64,000 nucleotides of DNA from Blastocatellia bacterium (GTDB lineage: Bacteria; Acidobacteriota; Blastocatellia; RBC074). Position 1 is the first letter of the stretch, and every line of letters starts with the position of its first letter. Below are positions 1 through 10,092 of the stretch, in pieces. The translations under genes were made by a program, and so were the position numbers. The stretch covers positions 1,602-65,601 of the forward strand of contig JBBQVH010000022.1 of assembly GCA_038211695.1 (NCBI GenBank), in the 5' to 3' direction. Under the pieces are notes generated by a model. That model worked only from the letters and a program-made list of their open reading frames with translations, ran no database searches and was not told where the DNA came from.

Positions 1-309
1 GGCAAGCGCATCTTGTCGAAAGCCACGGTGGAATTGATGACGCAGGTGCATACGGGCGAATTGAAAGCGGGCTTTTCGCCGGGCATCGGGTATGGGCTGG
101 GCTGGGCTGTGGTGCGGAACGTGGAAGGAATGTTCCGGCTGAATTCCATCGGCACTTATGGCCACGGCGGATTGTGGAAGACCTACGGCTTCATTGACCC
201 GAAGAAGGAACTGGTCGGCATCATTCTGATGCAGCGGCTCGACGGCGATGGCGATCTGGCGGATGAGCTCAGCGCATTTATGACGATGGCTTCGGCGGCG
301 GTGAATTGA
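1..309 (+). CDS. Serine hydrolase / beta-lactamase-family protein, C-terminal fragment (5' end outside window)
   Basis: Frame-1 ORF open from the window edge (track ORF 13..309). The C-terminal GTYGHGGLWKTYGFIDPKKELVGIILMQ resembles the HxG/KTG-box end of class-C beta-lactamase/PBP-like serine hydrolases. Confidence 0.6.
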   Translation, partial: GKRILSKATVELMTQVHTGELKAGFSPGIGYGLGWAVVRNVEGMFRLNSIGTYGHGGLWKTYGFIDPKKELVGIILMQRLDGDGDLADELSAFMTMASAAVN

Positions 310-318
310 CAAAAAACA

Positions 319-397
319 AACCACGGATGGACACAGATAAACACAGATTGAAAATTGTCTTAATCCTGTCTGTGTTCGTCCGTGTTCATCCGTGGTT
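319..397. terminator. Imperfect ~29-bp inverted repeat between convergent genes (possible bidirectional terminator / REP-like element)
   Basis: aaCCACGGATGGACACAGATAAACACAGA ... CTGTGTTCGTCCGTGTTCATCCGTGGtt. The arms pair with a few mismatches or wobbles. It sits between the stop at 309 and the stop at 403. Confidence 0.45.
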
Positions 398-402
398 GAG
401 AT

Positions 403-3400
403 TTACGTTTTCGGCACGAAGATGACCTGCGGATCGTCTTTGTGATCACTGTCCGCAATGACGTAGCGCAGAAAGTTTTTCATCATCCCGCCGCCATCTA
501 TCGCGAAGAAAGTAAGTTGATTACTAACGGCGTGAATGCGAATTGTAGATTGAGGCAGGGTGCCTTGTCTGATAAAGGTGACGGATTCTTCGTTGCGGGT
601 CGCATTATGCGAAGACCTCCAAGTGCCGGATTCAAGCGCCGGAGGAGTTTGAAACGCTCGATAGCCTTTCATTGTCCACGTGCCATCAGCATTGATTTGA
701 AATTCCATCGTGAAACCGGTTCGATCCCATTCATCGAGGTTGGCATGCACAATGCCCAATGAATTGACCGTGTACATGATCTTCCAGGTGCCGATCAGGT
801 TTTCAGGCGCAGATTGTTCATCGAGGCGAGCGTTGCCTTGTGGTGCGGGGTCGTGCCAGCAGAGGCGGGAATTACTGTCCGGATCGCAATGCACCGGATC
901 GTAGGAACGCCCATCATCGCCATATCCGCTGAAGCGGTGATCTGCCAGCATGGAATCAGCGGGCGGGCGTGTGCGAATCAGATCGTTTTGATCAATTCGC
1001 CCTTCTCCATCTTCGCCGGGCAGCGGGATGGTCGTGTCCCAATACGCGGCAAACGTGATGTTCCAATGCCAGCGGTTCGTGTTCAGATTCAGTGAGCGGG
1101 CAATTCCTGCGATCTTCCAATAGGGCGTCAACATCAGGGTATTGTTTGCTGCTGATGCCCGCCAAAGATTGAAGATCTCTTGCGCTGTCGCGCTTCCTTC
1201 CGCCACCAAAGCATCTTCGTCAATCGGCGCTGCCCCTCCCTGATACCCGTAATCACGGTTGCGTTCCGCTGGGCCGCGTCCTTGCCGGTCAGTTTTGCCT
1301 GTGTAATTCCAGACGGCCATTTCGCGCGTCAGAAAGTCACTGGCCTGAGCCAGCGTGATTGCCGCGCCCAGTGGGCTTCGCCCGGATTGAAGCCGGTATT
1401 GATTGATCAGCTCCAGCAGCTTCTGCTCTTCCGTATCCAGCGGGACTGCTGTTGCCGAAGTTGCAGGAACGTCTGTGGGGATTGGTTTCGGTGTGGGCGT
1501 GGGCGTGGGTGTTGGAGTTGGAGTTGGAGTCGCGGGCGGTTTCGGTGTGGGCGTAGGAGTCGGTATTGGTGTCGGTGTCGGCGCCGGGACGGGAGTCGGA
1601 GTGGGTGTTGGGGGAGGGAAGGAGTTGCCGCCGGACAATGTAATCAGCACGAACGCGTTGAATTCGGGACTGGTGGTGGAACCGGTCATTGGCAGTATTA
1701 ACGGCGTGTTGTTGTATACGCCTGACACCAAAGGCGCGCCATAGAAATTCTGCGGGCTGCGAACTTCGTACCGGTCACCCGAGCGCAAAATGTTCGAGAC
1801 ATTCACTGCGACCTGACTGGCCAAATCCCAATTGTACACAGCGATGTTGGCTCGCCCCGGCTCATATAGGTTGGGGCGGACGAAAACGCGGTTACCGGTC
1901 GGGTGACTGATCACCTGACTGTTACGATCTTGTGCGCTGATCTGTTGCCATTGAGGGAAATCGCAGTTACAGGCTTTCTGTTCGTCTCGGTAGCGAAAGG
2001 GGTACGGGCTGCCTTGGGAAAAATACTTATTGTTGTCTATCAGATAGTTGGCCGCAGTGCGTCCGCTGGCGGGGACAATAACCAACAAGTCACCATTCGA
2101 AATAAAGGTGTTGCCGGTTAACGTCAGACTATCCCAGTTGGAAATAAATCCCATTGCGGTAACTCCGCCAACGAAATAGTTATCACGAACGATGATGTCG
2201 TTATTACGGCTGGACGTATAACCGAGTTGGAAGCTGTTACCCCGCGCGCTGGGCGGATGGTAGGTGTAGTTACTGAGCCAGGTAATACCCGTGGATGGTG
2301 TAATTCCACTGCCGACAAACATATTGTCCAGGCGATCGTATTCCGAGCGCGGCACCGCCGGAGAGCCATTGTTGAACGAAATGTTCCCCTCAAAATAAAA
2401 CCCGGACACGTTGCCGTGTTCGGTGAAGGCTTTCATCCCGGTCGCATAATTGTCGAACGAGATGACGTCAACGATCCGTTTCGTGCCCGTCAGATTTTGC
2501 GAATAGAGTCCGTGCCCATTGCCGCGAAAATCGGTCGGGCCTTCCCATCCATTGTGATATGTGATGACGCCATAAATTTCGGAATTTTCCGATGGCTGCC
2601 AGAACCCGATGCCGTCACCGCAATCGTGGATGATCAAGTTGATCAATCTGACGTGATCACCGAAGACATTCAGCCCTGTCGGACGCGTGGTCGTGCGGTC
2701 GGGATTCGTGTTGGTGATTTCAAAACTGATGTAGTAGGTCCACGCGCCTTCGATGCGCATGCCGCCAATAATCGTGGCGCGCTCGCCCGGTTGTTGGCGC
2801 AGCATGATCGGCGCGTTGGGCGTGCCGGTTAGCTTGCTGATGAAGGGCGGCGCGTCCGTGCCCGATAGTTTGGCATTCGGCACGCTGTAGGTGCCGCCGC
2901 GCAGCCAGATGGCGTCGCCAGGACGCGCCGGACCAGTCGCCGACAGAGCCGTCACCAGATCAATCGGGCGCTCAAGGCTGCCATCATTTGCCGAACTGCC
3001 GTTGGGCGCAACGTATAGATTCCGTAACGGTACCGGCAGCGGAATCGGCGTTGGCACTGGTGTTGGCGTCGGTGTCGGTGTCGCAACAGGCGTTGGAGTC
3101 GGTGTGGGTGTCGGCGTCGCAACAGGAGTTGGAGTTGGAGTCGGTGTTGGAGTCGCCGATGGATCTATCGGTGTTGTCACGGTCACCGTGTTGGACGGCG
3201 GTGAGATCAGATTGCTGCCGCTGAGCACAAGCCGAATCTGGTAATTGTAAATTGAATTGGCGGTTACAGTCCGATCAATGTAACTGGTGGTTGTGACTGG
3301 AACGTTGGTAACGACTTGAAATAATTGTGAAGAGCTGCCAGAAGAACGTAAGACGCGAACTGCCGTAATCGAACTGGAAGAATTGATGCGCCAGTTTAAT

Positions 3401-3603
3401 TGCACCTGTGTTGGGGCAATGGGAGTCGCGCTCAAAGTCACTGGGTTCGAGCTTTGGGCTGAAGTGCGCTTGAGCGCGAATAAGCCACTGATCAATAAAA
3501 CCAGAAGCAACGTGACTGCCGAAAAGCGCCACGATTCAAATGTAAGTTTTGGGAAATGCCGATTGTTCAACTCTCGATTGTTGGGTAGTGCTTGATACTG
3601 CAT
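403..3603 (-). CDS. Secreted/anchored multidomain protein (FN3-like + parallel beta-helix-like + CAP/SCP(YkwD)-like domain, Pro-Thr linkers)
   Basis: 1066-aa ORF with an N-terminal hydrophobic anchor (AVTLLLVLLISGLFAL), two PTPTPTP linkers and a central beta-helix-like repeat region. It also has a CAP/SCP-like stretch (LLELINQYRLQSGRSPL ... NLWRASAANNTLMLTPYWKIAGIA). Confidence 0.7.
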   Translation of the reverse strand: MQYQALPNNRELNNRHFPKLTFESWRFSAVTLLLVLLISGLFALKRTSAQSSNPVTLSATPIAPTQVQLNWRINSSSSITAVRVLRSSGSSSQLFQVVTNVPVTTTSYIDRTVTANSIYNYQIRLVLSGSNLISPPSNTVTVTTPIDPSATPTPTPTPTPVATPTPTPTPTPVATPTPTPTPVPTPIPLPVPLRNLYVAPNGSSANDGSLERPIDLVTALSATGPARPGDAIWLRGGTYSVPNAKLSGTDAPPFISKLTGTPNAPIMLRQQPGERATIIGGMRIEGAWTYYISFEITNTNPDRTTTRPTGLNVFGDHVRLINLIIHDCGDGIGFWQPSENSEIYGVITYHNGWEGPTDFRGNGHGLYSQNLTGTKRIVDVISFDNYATGMKAFTEHGNVSGFYFEGNISFNNGSPAVPRSEYDRLDNMFVGSGITPSTGITWLSNYTYHPPSARGNSFQLGYTSSRNNDIIVRDNYFVGGVTAMGFISNWDSLTLTGNTFISNGDLLVIVPASGRTAANYLIDNNKYFSQGSPYPFRYRDEQKACNCDFPQWQQISAQDRNSQVISHPTGNRVFVRPNLYEPGRANIAVYNWDLASQVAVNVSNILRSGDRYEVRSPQNFYGAPLVSGVYNNTPLILPMTGSTTSPEFNAFVLITLSGGNSFPPPTPTPTPVPAPTPTPIPTPTPTPKPPATPTPTPTPTPTPTPKPIPTDVPATSATAVPLDTEEQKLLELINQYRLQSGRSPLGAAITLAQASDFLTREMAVWNYTGKTDRQGRGPAERNRDYGYQGGAAPIDEDALVAEGSATAQEIFNLWRASAANNTLMLTPYWKIAGIARSLNLNTNRWHWNITFAAYWDTTIPLPGEDGEGRIDQNDLIRTRPPADSMLADHRFSGYGDDGRSYDPVHCDPDSNSRLCWHDPAPQGNARLDEQSAPENLIGTWKIMYTVNSLGIVHANLDEWDRTGFTMEFQINADGTWTMKGYRAFQTPPALESGTWRSSHNATRNEESVTFIRQGTLPQSTIRIHAVSNQLTFFAIDGGGMMKNFLRYVIADSDHKDDPQVIFVPKT

Positions 3604-4090
3604 AAAATATTGCTTGGGTAATATCTGTTGTTATGTCCGCAGTCTTCCTGCCGGACAAGCCGCATTTGTCTGAAGCAGGCGAATGGCACAAGGCCACGGC
3701 TTTTCCCGGCGCAAAGAAAGAACTGTCTTCATTAGCGAAAAAAGCCAATTTAGGGAATCAGCGGATTTGGGGTTTTGAAAGTGCGGGACACACTACAAGG
3801 CGCAACCTTTTTCAGGATTGCTCACGCTAAGGGGCACGGAAGAAATTGATTGTCAGGACAGGGGGCGATTGCGATGGCCGTCAGTGTTGACCATTTAATA
3901 TCGGACTACATTTGGGAAACAACGGAGTTTTATTGATCAAGCGTGACGATGATGTACGGGGAATTGTGAAGGATCATCGACGCGCGAAAGTGTAGCCCAC
4001 GGGTGCTGAAACGGTCAACGACTTTCTCATGATCATCAGGTGAGAGCGTAGGAATTGGGCAGATCAGAATGGCGGGATGATGGGGAGGGG

Positions 4091-5143
4091 TCAATTCCCC
4101 TGCTGTGGCGAAGGGCCGCGCGTGATGGTTCTGAAATTTTCGCGCGCCCCACGCCGCAACAGAATGAAGTCTATGCACCCGCGCAGAAAACCATATCCAT
4201 ACCCCAGGTGATAACAGCCGAAGATGAACGGCAGAATAGGCAGGAATTTGAGGTGCTGTGGGCGGCGTCCAGTCAACAAGGTTGCTGCCAGGTTGGCCAA
4301 TAGATAGGACGCCATGTGAATTACTAGAAGCCAGGCAATCAGGTGACTGAAGGGCGAAAGCGCGAGCAGCAGAAACAGGCTGGCCAGCCAGACGCCAGGG
4401 ATCAAGTGCCGCCACGAGGCGGGGATTTTGTGCTTTTGGATGACACGCACTTTCCAATATCCGTATTGCGAATATTGCCGCCATAGCGCCGCCAGCGAAG
4501 GGCGTGGTGAATACCAGGATTTGATTCGCGCAGATTGCCAGATGACGCCGCCCGAACGCGTAATGCGCAAACTTAATTCATCATCCTGGTTGCGCACGAA
4601 TTCTTCGTCAAACAATCCCAGTTCCATCAGCCTGTCTTTGCGCCAGCAACCGTAAATGACCGTGTCCACCGGCCCTTCGTAATTAAGATCGCGCGAACGC
4701 GCTCCGCCCGCTGAAAACGGAGAGTGCCACGCCAGCGCGATGGCTTCCTGCAAATAGCCATCGGCTTTGGTGCGCCATGCTCCACCCACGTTATCGGCAT
4801 TGGTTTCCGCCAGCACCGCAACGCACTGTTTGATGTAATCAGCAGCGTATTGCGTGTGCGCATCCATTCGCACAATCACCTCGCCCGTGGCCATCCGGAT
4901 AGCTTGATTCAACCCGGTCGGGACGATCCTGCCCGGGTTGTCCACAAAATGGATTGAAGCGTGGTGTTGGCAGTATTGCTGCAACACATCGCGCGTGCCG
5001 TCGTCGCTCATTCCATCTGCCACAATGATTTCCAGCCGCGCGGGCGGGTAATCGCTGGCCAGAATCGAATCCAGGCAGGGGCCGATGAACTGGCGTTCAT
5101 TGCGGCAGGGAATGATGACGGAAACCTGTGGCAGTGTGTTCAT
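4091..5143 (-). CDS. Glycosyltransferase family 2 (ExoA-like, with C-terminal TM helices)
   Basis: VSVIIPCRNERQFIGPCLDSIL ... ADGMSDDGT is a GT-A/GT2 signature. The C-terminus is hydrophobic. Confidence 0.85.
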   Translation of the reverse strand: MNTLPQVSVIIPCRNERQFIGPCLDSILASDYPPARLEIIVADGMSDDGTRDVLQQYCQHHASIHFVDNPGRIVPTGLNQAIRMATGEVIVRMDAHTQYAADYIKQCVAVLAETNADNVGGAWRTKADGYLQEAIALAWHSPFSAGGARSRDLNYEGPVDTVIYGCWRKDRLMELGLFDEEFVRNQDDELSLRITRSGGVIWQSARIKSWYSPRPSLAALWRQYSQYGYWKVRVIQKHKIPASWRHLIPGVWLASLFLLLALSPFSHLIAWLLVIHMASYLLANLAATLLTGRRPQHLKFLPILPFIFGCYHLGYGYGFLRGCIDFILLRRGARENFRTITRGPSPQQGN

Positions 5144-5154
5144 AACGTCTCGGC

Positions 5155-6159
5155 CTAAGCCCCTGCCTGTACCCCTGCCTGCGCTGTTGCCGCGCCAAGC
5201 TTGGCACGTTGTTCGGCGATTACAGTTTCCAGAATGCCGTCCAGCGTATACGTTGGTTTATACCCGATCAGGTGATGGATTTTGGTCAAATCCGGCACGC
5301 GGCGCATCATGTCCTCGAAGCCTTCTTCGTATGCTTCTTGATAAGGAACAAAGACAATTGGCGATTTCGATCCGGTCAATTCCTTGATTCGTTCGGCCAG
5401 TTGCAGAATGGTGACTTCCTGCTGGCTGCCGATGTTGTAAACCTCGCCGACGGCTTCCCGCGTGTTGGCCAGTTTAATCAGCGCATCCACCACGTTCGAA
5501 ACGTGCGTGAAGCAACGGCTTTGCGACCCGTCGCCGTAAACAGTGATCTCGCCATCGCTGAGCGCCTGCCGGACAAAATTGGGGATTACCATGCCGTATC
5601 GCCCTGTCTGGCGCGGGCCAACGGTGTTGAACAGCCGCACGATGACAGCCGGGACTTTCTTTTCTTTCCAGTATGCGATGGCCAGAAATTCATCAATCGC
5701 TTTGGAACAGGCATAGCTCCAGCGGCCCATGTGCGTCGGCCCCATAATCAAATCCTCGTCTTCGCGAAACGGAATGTTGACCCGCTTGCCATAAACTTCC
5801 GACGTGGAAGTGATCAGCACGCGCTTGCCTTTTTTAGCGGCAAGTTCCAGAACGATCTCAGTGCCGGCGATATTGGTTTCGATGGTGTTGACAGGGCTTT
5901 CGACGATCAAACGCACGCCGACGGCGGCGGCCAGGTGATAAACCACATCGCATAAATCAACCAGTTCGGCCATCAATTGGCGGTTGCGAATCGTATCAAT
6001 GTAATAGTGGAAGCGCGGATTGCTTTTCAGTGACCAGATATTTTCCATTGCGCCCGTTGAAAGGTCGTCAATGATGTAGACCTCGTCCCCATGTTCCAGA
6101 CACTTTTCCGCCAGATGCGAGCCGATGAATCCGGCACCGCCTGTAATCAAGATTTTCAT
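5155..6159 (-). CDS. NAD-dependent nucleotide-sugar epimerase/dehydratase (extended SDR)
   Basis: MKILITGGAGFIGSH Rossmann motif and catalytic YACSK (YxxxK). Confidence 0.9.
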   Translation of the reverse strand: MKILITGGAGFIGSHLAEKCLEHGDEVYIIDDLSTGAMENIWSLKSNPRFHYYIDTIRNRQLMAELVDLCDVVYHLAAAVGVRLIVESPVNTIETNIAGTEIVLELAAKKGKRVLITSTSEVYGKRVNIPFREDEDLIMGPTHMGRWSYACSKAIDEFLAIAYWKEKKVPAVIVRLFNTVGPRQTGRYGMVIPNFVRQALSDGEITVYGDGSQSRCFTHVSNVVDALIKLANTREAVGEVYNIGSQQEVTILQLAERIKELTGSKSPIVFVPYQEAYEEGFEDMMRRVPDLTKIHHLIGYKPTYTLDGILETVIAEQRAKLGAATAQAGVQAGA

Positions 6160-6229
6160 TCTTTATCCTCTCAGTGGTGTGTTTTCGGTCGTGATGGGGC
6201 ACCTTGCTAGGATAGCATTTGTTGTCAGT

Positions 6230-6868
6230 TTACTTCGGCTTCAACTGTTTGGTCATTTCGCCCTGCCAAACGCCCGCCTTGATCACCTTCTGCCAGCCCA
6301 AGCCCTCGTAAAATTGGATTGCTTGATGATTCGCGGTATTGACACTCAGGCTCATCTGTTCGAAGCCGCGATCTCTGGCGGCTCTTTCCGATTCGAGCAT
6401 CAGGATTTTGCCGACCCCCTGTCCTTGAAAATTCGGATTCACGGCAATGGCCAAAATGCCAAATGCCTTTTTTTTCGGCTGAGCGGGGAGGGGGGCTTGG
6501 GTGGGAGGCTTGGAAAACCGGCGCAGTACGCTCAGGCCATTTCGCAATTTATCTCTGAACAACGGATTACAGATCAACCAGGGATGCGTCGCCACACGCA
6601 AGGCCAGATAATTGCGATTCTTTTGCAGAAAGCCGGACAGAGCGCCGCGAAAGACGCCGCCGAAACAGAACCCCGCCATCTCGGTATTGCGAAACACCGC
6701 GAACGCGGAAACGTCGTGTGGCCCGCTGAGCTGCCATTGATAGTAGCGCCGAACCGCACCCTCGCCCAATGCCGTCAAGGCGCTGTCGTGAAAGGCCAGC
6801 AGATGAATTCGCGCTGCGGCGATCAGATCGTCTTTCTGCAATGCTCTGAGCTCGGTGGTCTGGGTCAT
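6230..6868 (-). CDS. GNAT-family N-acetyltransferase
   Basis: QGQGVGKILM acetyl-CoA binding motif and the FYEGLGW C-terminal strand. Confidence 0.8.
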   Translation of the reverse strand: MTQTTELRALQKDDLIAAARIHLLAFHDSALTALGEGAVRRYYQWQLSGPHDVSAFAVFRNTEMAGFCFGGVFRGALSGFLQKNRNYLALRVATHPWLICNPLFRDKLRNGLSVLRRFSKPPTQAPLPAQPKKKAFGILAIAVNPNFQGQGVGKILMLESERAARDRGFEQMSLSVNTANHQAIQFYEGLGWQKVIKAGVWQGEMTKQLKPK

Positions 6869-6915
6869 GTTTACGTCAGTGTTTTCTCAGTGTTTACTCA
6901 GTCGTGTGAGTTGCC

Positions 6916-8808
6916 TCAGACAGCGGCGGCTGGCGTCAGTGTGGCCTGCCGGTTTTGCAACTCCGAAAAGTAGGTCTGTTTCCAAACCGCGATCATCACC
7001 AACTGCTTAATCAATTCTCCGTGGCGATTGTCGCCGTTGAGAAATTCGCCAATGAGGGATTGCAGCTTCGGTTTGACAAAGGGGCCTGTCTTGATCGGAT
7101 CAAGGGATGGCAGCGTACTGACGATCTCGCGCAATTCCGGAACCTCGCGGAAATAGCGAAACCAGGGGACGCCAAAGCCCCATTTGCGGCCCTGCTGGAT
7201 GGCCGGCGTCAGGCGATGGCCAAGCGCTGCCCGCAGCAGGTGTTTGGTGTGCCGTCCGGAAATCAGTGTCGGCGTCGGCAGGGCCGCCATCATCTCGACC
7301 AGGCGATAGTCCAAAAAAGGCACCCGGCATTCAATGGATGCGCCCATCGTCATCCGGTCGTTCCGCTCCAGCAGCGACGCCAGGAAAGTGTGATGATCAT
7401 GGTACATCGCCTGTCGCATCGGTTCGTTGGGATACAACTGCCGTGCTTCTTCCAGCGCCTGTTGCCGATAGACGAATTGTTGATCGAGCGGACGATCCAA
7501 AAACTCCAGGTCTTCAGGGAGCAGTTCGCAGGCATTGAACAGGATAAAGTTTTCGATGGAACCCAGGTTCAGGAACCGGGCCAGTTTCTCCATCCGATGA
7601 TTCAGGCGCAGCGCCGGGCTGAGGAATGGCAAGATGGGACGAGCCATGTTCAGCAACCCGGGATGCCGTAACGGCTGATAGCGGATATAACCGCCCAACA
7701 TCTCATCCGCGCCTTCGCCTGACAGCAACACCGTCACTTTGGATTTGGCGTAAGCCGAAATTGCCAGCAGGTACAGATCGTTGCCGTGCGCCAGCGGTTC
7801 ATCGTTGAACCATGACGCCTGCTGCAATTGTTCCAGCAGGTTGTTTCCGGCAATGCGCAGTTCGTTGTAACTCATCTTCCACTTGGTCGCCAGTTCTTGC
7901 GCCAGCGGGCCTTCGTCGTAGTTCGCTTCATCGAATCGCACCGTGAACGTGGCGACATCCGAACCGGCCTGCGATGCCAGCGAAGCCGCGATGCTGCTGG
8001 AATCAAGCCCGCCGCTCAGCAACACGCCGACCGGCACATCGCTGATCCGCCGTAGGTCAACCGAATCATCAAACATTTCGCCGAACCAGGCGACGGCGTC
8101 TTTCGGCAACTCTTCGCGCCGCTCCCGCGCCCTTTCCGCCAGGTTCCACCAACGCGTGATCTTCAGTTCCCCTTCCCGCCAGGTCAGGTAATGGCCGGGC
8201 AGCAGGCGGTTGACGCCGAGAAAGGGCGTCTGTTCGCCGGCGACGTACCGGAACAGAAGCAGTTCTTCCCAGCTTCTCTCATCGAATTGCGCCGGCACGC
8301 CCGCGGCAAACAGAGCCTTCTCTTCCGACGCGAAGTAGAGTCCTTCGGGGCGCACGGCGTAATAGAATGGTTTGACGCCCAGGCGGTCGCGCGCGACGAA
8401 CAGGCTGCGCTCCTGCGCGTCCCACACTGCGAAGGCGAACATGCCGTTCAACCGATCCAGCATGCGCGGGCCTTCTTCGGCGTATAGGTAAAGCAGGACT
8501 TCGGTATCCGTGCCGGACCTGAACTCATGCCCGCGAGCTTCAAGCCATGGACGCAGTTCGCGGTAGTTATAGACCTCGCCGTTGTAGGCGATCCAATAGC
8601 GCCCGTCCGGCGTGGACATCGGCATGTGCCCCCGTTCCGAAAGGTCCAGGATCGCCAGCCGGCGGGAGCCTAACGCAATGCCGGGCGCCAGATAATGACC
8701 TGCGTCATCCGGCCCGCGGTGATGCAGCATGTCGCGCATTGCCAGCAGTTCATGTTCGCTACCGATTTGATTCGCATCGCGGAAAGCGATGCCGCAGAGA
8801 CCACACAT
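6916..8808 (-). CDS. Asparagine synthase (glutamine-hydrolysing) family amidotransferase, paralog 1
   Basis: The Ntn start MCGLCGI (Cys2 nucleophile) places the start at ATG 8808. The track start at 8847 lies inside a palindromic repeat. SGGLDSS PP-loop present. Confidence 0.9.
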   Translation of the reverse strand: MCGLCGIAFRDANQIGSEHELLAMRDMLHHRGPDDAGHYLAPGIALGSRRLAILDLSERGHMPMSTPDGRYWIAYNGEVYNYRELRPWLEARGHEFRSGTDTEVLLYLYAEEGPRMLDRLNGMFAFAVWDAQERSLFVARDRLGVKPFYYAVRPEGLYFASEEKALFAAGVPAQFDERSWEELLLFRYVAGEQTPFLGVNRLLPGHYLTWREGELKITRWWNLAERARERREELPKDAVAWFGEMFDDSVDLRRISDVPVGVLLSGGLDSSSIAASLASQAGSDVATFTVRFDEANYDEGPLAQELATKWKMSYNELRIAGNNLLEQLQQASWFNDEPLAHGNDLYLLAISAYAKSKVTVLLSGEGADEMLGGYIRYQPLRHPGLLNMARPILPFLSPALRLNHRMEKLARFLNLGSIENFILFNACELLPEDLEFLDRPLDQQFVYRQQALEEARQLYPNEPMRQAMYHDHHTFLASLLERNDRMTMGASIECRVPFLDYRLVEMMAALPTPTLISGRHTKHLLRAALGHRLTPAIQQGRKWGFGVPWFRYFREVPELREIVSTLPSLDPIKTGPFVKPKLQSLIGEFLNGDNRHGELIKQLVMIAVWKQTYFSELQNRQATLTPAAAV

Positions 8809-8841
8809 CAGTTTTTTTCCATTATAGACATCAAGAAAAAG

Positions 8842-8929
8842 GAGCATGGAGTTCAGCCTTTAGGCTGTCGGATTTCTTGACCGTACCTTTCCCGGAAACC
8901 GGACAGCCTAAAGGCTGAACTCCATGCTC
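8842..8929. repeat. REP-like palindrome (~29-nt perfect arms)
   Basis: GAGCATGGAGTTCAGCCTTTAGGCTGTC(G) ... (C)GACAGCCTAAAGGCTGAACTCCATGCTC. Confidence 0.8.
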
Positions 8930-9021
8930 GGCGCGCGACGGGTTGTTTGGCAGACGAAAAACATTTTCTTAAATGCTATAGAAAAGAGGGCGGCTTGGGT
9001 GACAGCCGGGGTTTCCTGAGT

Positions 9022-10059
9022 TTAGGGGAGAATACGTTGGAAGATTGCTTCCCATTTCAATTTCACCTGTTCCCAGGAAGATTGCTCGGCCAGGTTTCTG
9101 CCATTGACGGAAAGCCGTCCGGCTAAATCGGGGTCATTGAGCAGGGCAAGGATTGCTTCGACCATTCGCTCCTCGTCCTCGTCGGGGACCAGCAGCGCGG
9201 TTTGCCCGTTGGTCAACAGATCGGGGATGCCGCCGACTTCGGTGGCGACAACGGGCATGCCCATCGCGCAGGCTTCGACGACGGCGATGGGCATGTTATC
9301 AATGCGATTGGTGTTGATGAAGATGTCGGCTTGTTCGCCTTCGCGCACTTTGCCGGCCATATCCAGAAAGCCCGCGAAGCGCACGGCGTCGCCGACGCCC
9401 AGGGCTTCCGCCAGTTTTTGAGCCTCAATTTGAAGCCCTTTGTCCTGACCGGCCATCGCCAGTGTGGCATTGGGAATCCGTTCGCGCAGCCGCGCCAGCA
9501 CGCGCACGGCCATCAGCGGATTCCACGCTTCGTGGAAGCTGCGCATCCAGAACAGGTGAGGGCGTAATTGCCGCCGGTGACGATACGGGTAACGGGCCAG
9601 ACTGATGACGTTTGGAATGATCGTCGCGTTGAATCCGTATGGTTCGACGGCTTTGGCCAGATAGGGCGAAGGCGCGATGATCGCATCCGCGCGCGCCAGC
9701 ACCCGCCGCGCCCAGTTCGGGTACTTCCGCATAAATTCGGGCATCCCGCCGCCGTGCAAAAACATAATCATTCGCAATCCGAAGAGCTTGCCCAGGAAGC
9801 TGGCAATGTCTTCGACCACGAAGCTGGCGCCGGAATAGACGTGAACGATCAGGATGTCTATCTCCTTTCGCTTCCGAATGATTGTTGCGGCGATGTCAGC
9901 CAGACGGACATACCGGTTCGGATGCGAAGACGCGGTCGTCACTGGATAGCCGGACTGTTTGAAATGCCCCGAAATGATTTGGCCTTGCGTGACGACATGC
10001 CCCGGATTATGCCCGATCATTGGGCCGACAAAACAAAGACGTGGATAACGAGTGCTCAT
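9022..10059 (-). CDS. Glycosyltransferase family 4 (GT-B)
   Basis: C-terminal NRIDNMPIAVVEACAMGMPVVATEVGGIPDLL (EX7E-type region). Confidence 0.85.
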   Translation of the reverse strand: MSTRYPRLCFVGPMIGHNPGHVVTQGQIISGHFKQSGYPVTTASSHPNRYVRLADIAATIIRKRKEIDILIVHVYSGASFVVEDIASFLGKLFGLRMIMFLHGGGMPEFMRKYPNWARRVLARADAIIAPSPYLAKAVEPYGFNATIIPNVISLARYPYRHRRQLRPHLFWMRSFHEAWNPLMAVRVLARLRERIPNATLAMAGQDKGLQIEAQKLAEALGVGDAVRFAGFLDMAGKVREGEQADIFINTNRIDNMPIAVVEACAMGMPVVATEVGGIPDLLTNGQTALLVPDEDEERMVEAILALLNDPDLAGRLSVNGRNLAEQSSWEQVKLKWEAIFQRILP

Positions 10060-10092
10060 TGAATGAATGGTTTATGGTGGCGACCGAAGTCA

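Noticed and set aside
3930-4484. 184-aa minus-strand ORF overlapping the 3' end of the GT2 gene. Also various 60-120 aa ORFs inside 403-3603.
   Set aside because: They overlap well-supported genes in other frames. Their Pro/Gly/Val-rich stretches are out-of-frame or antisense readings of the PT-linker repeats.
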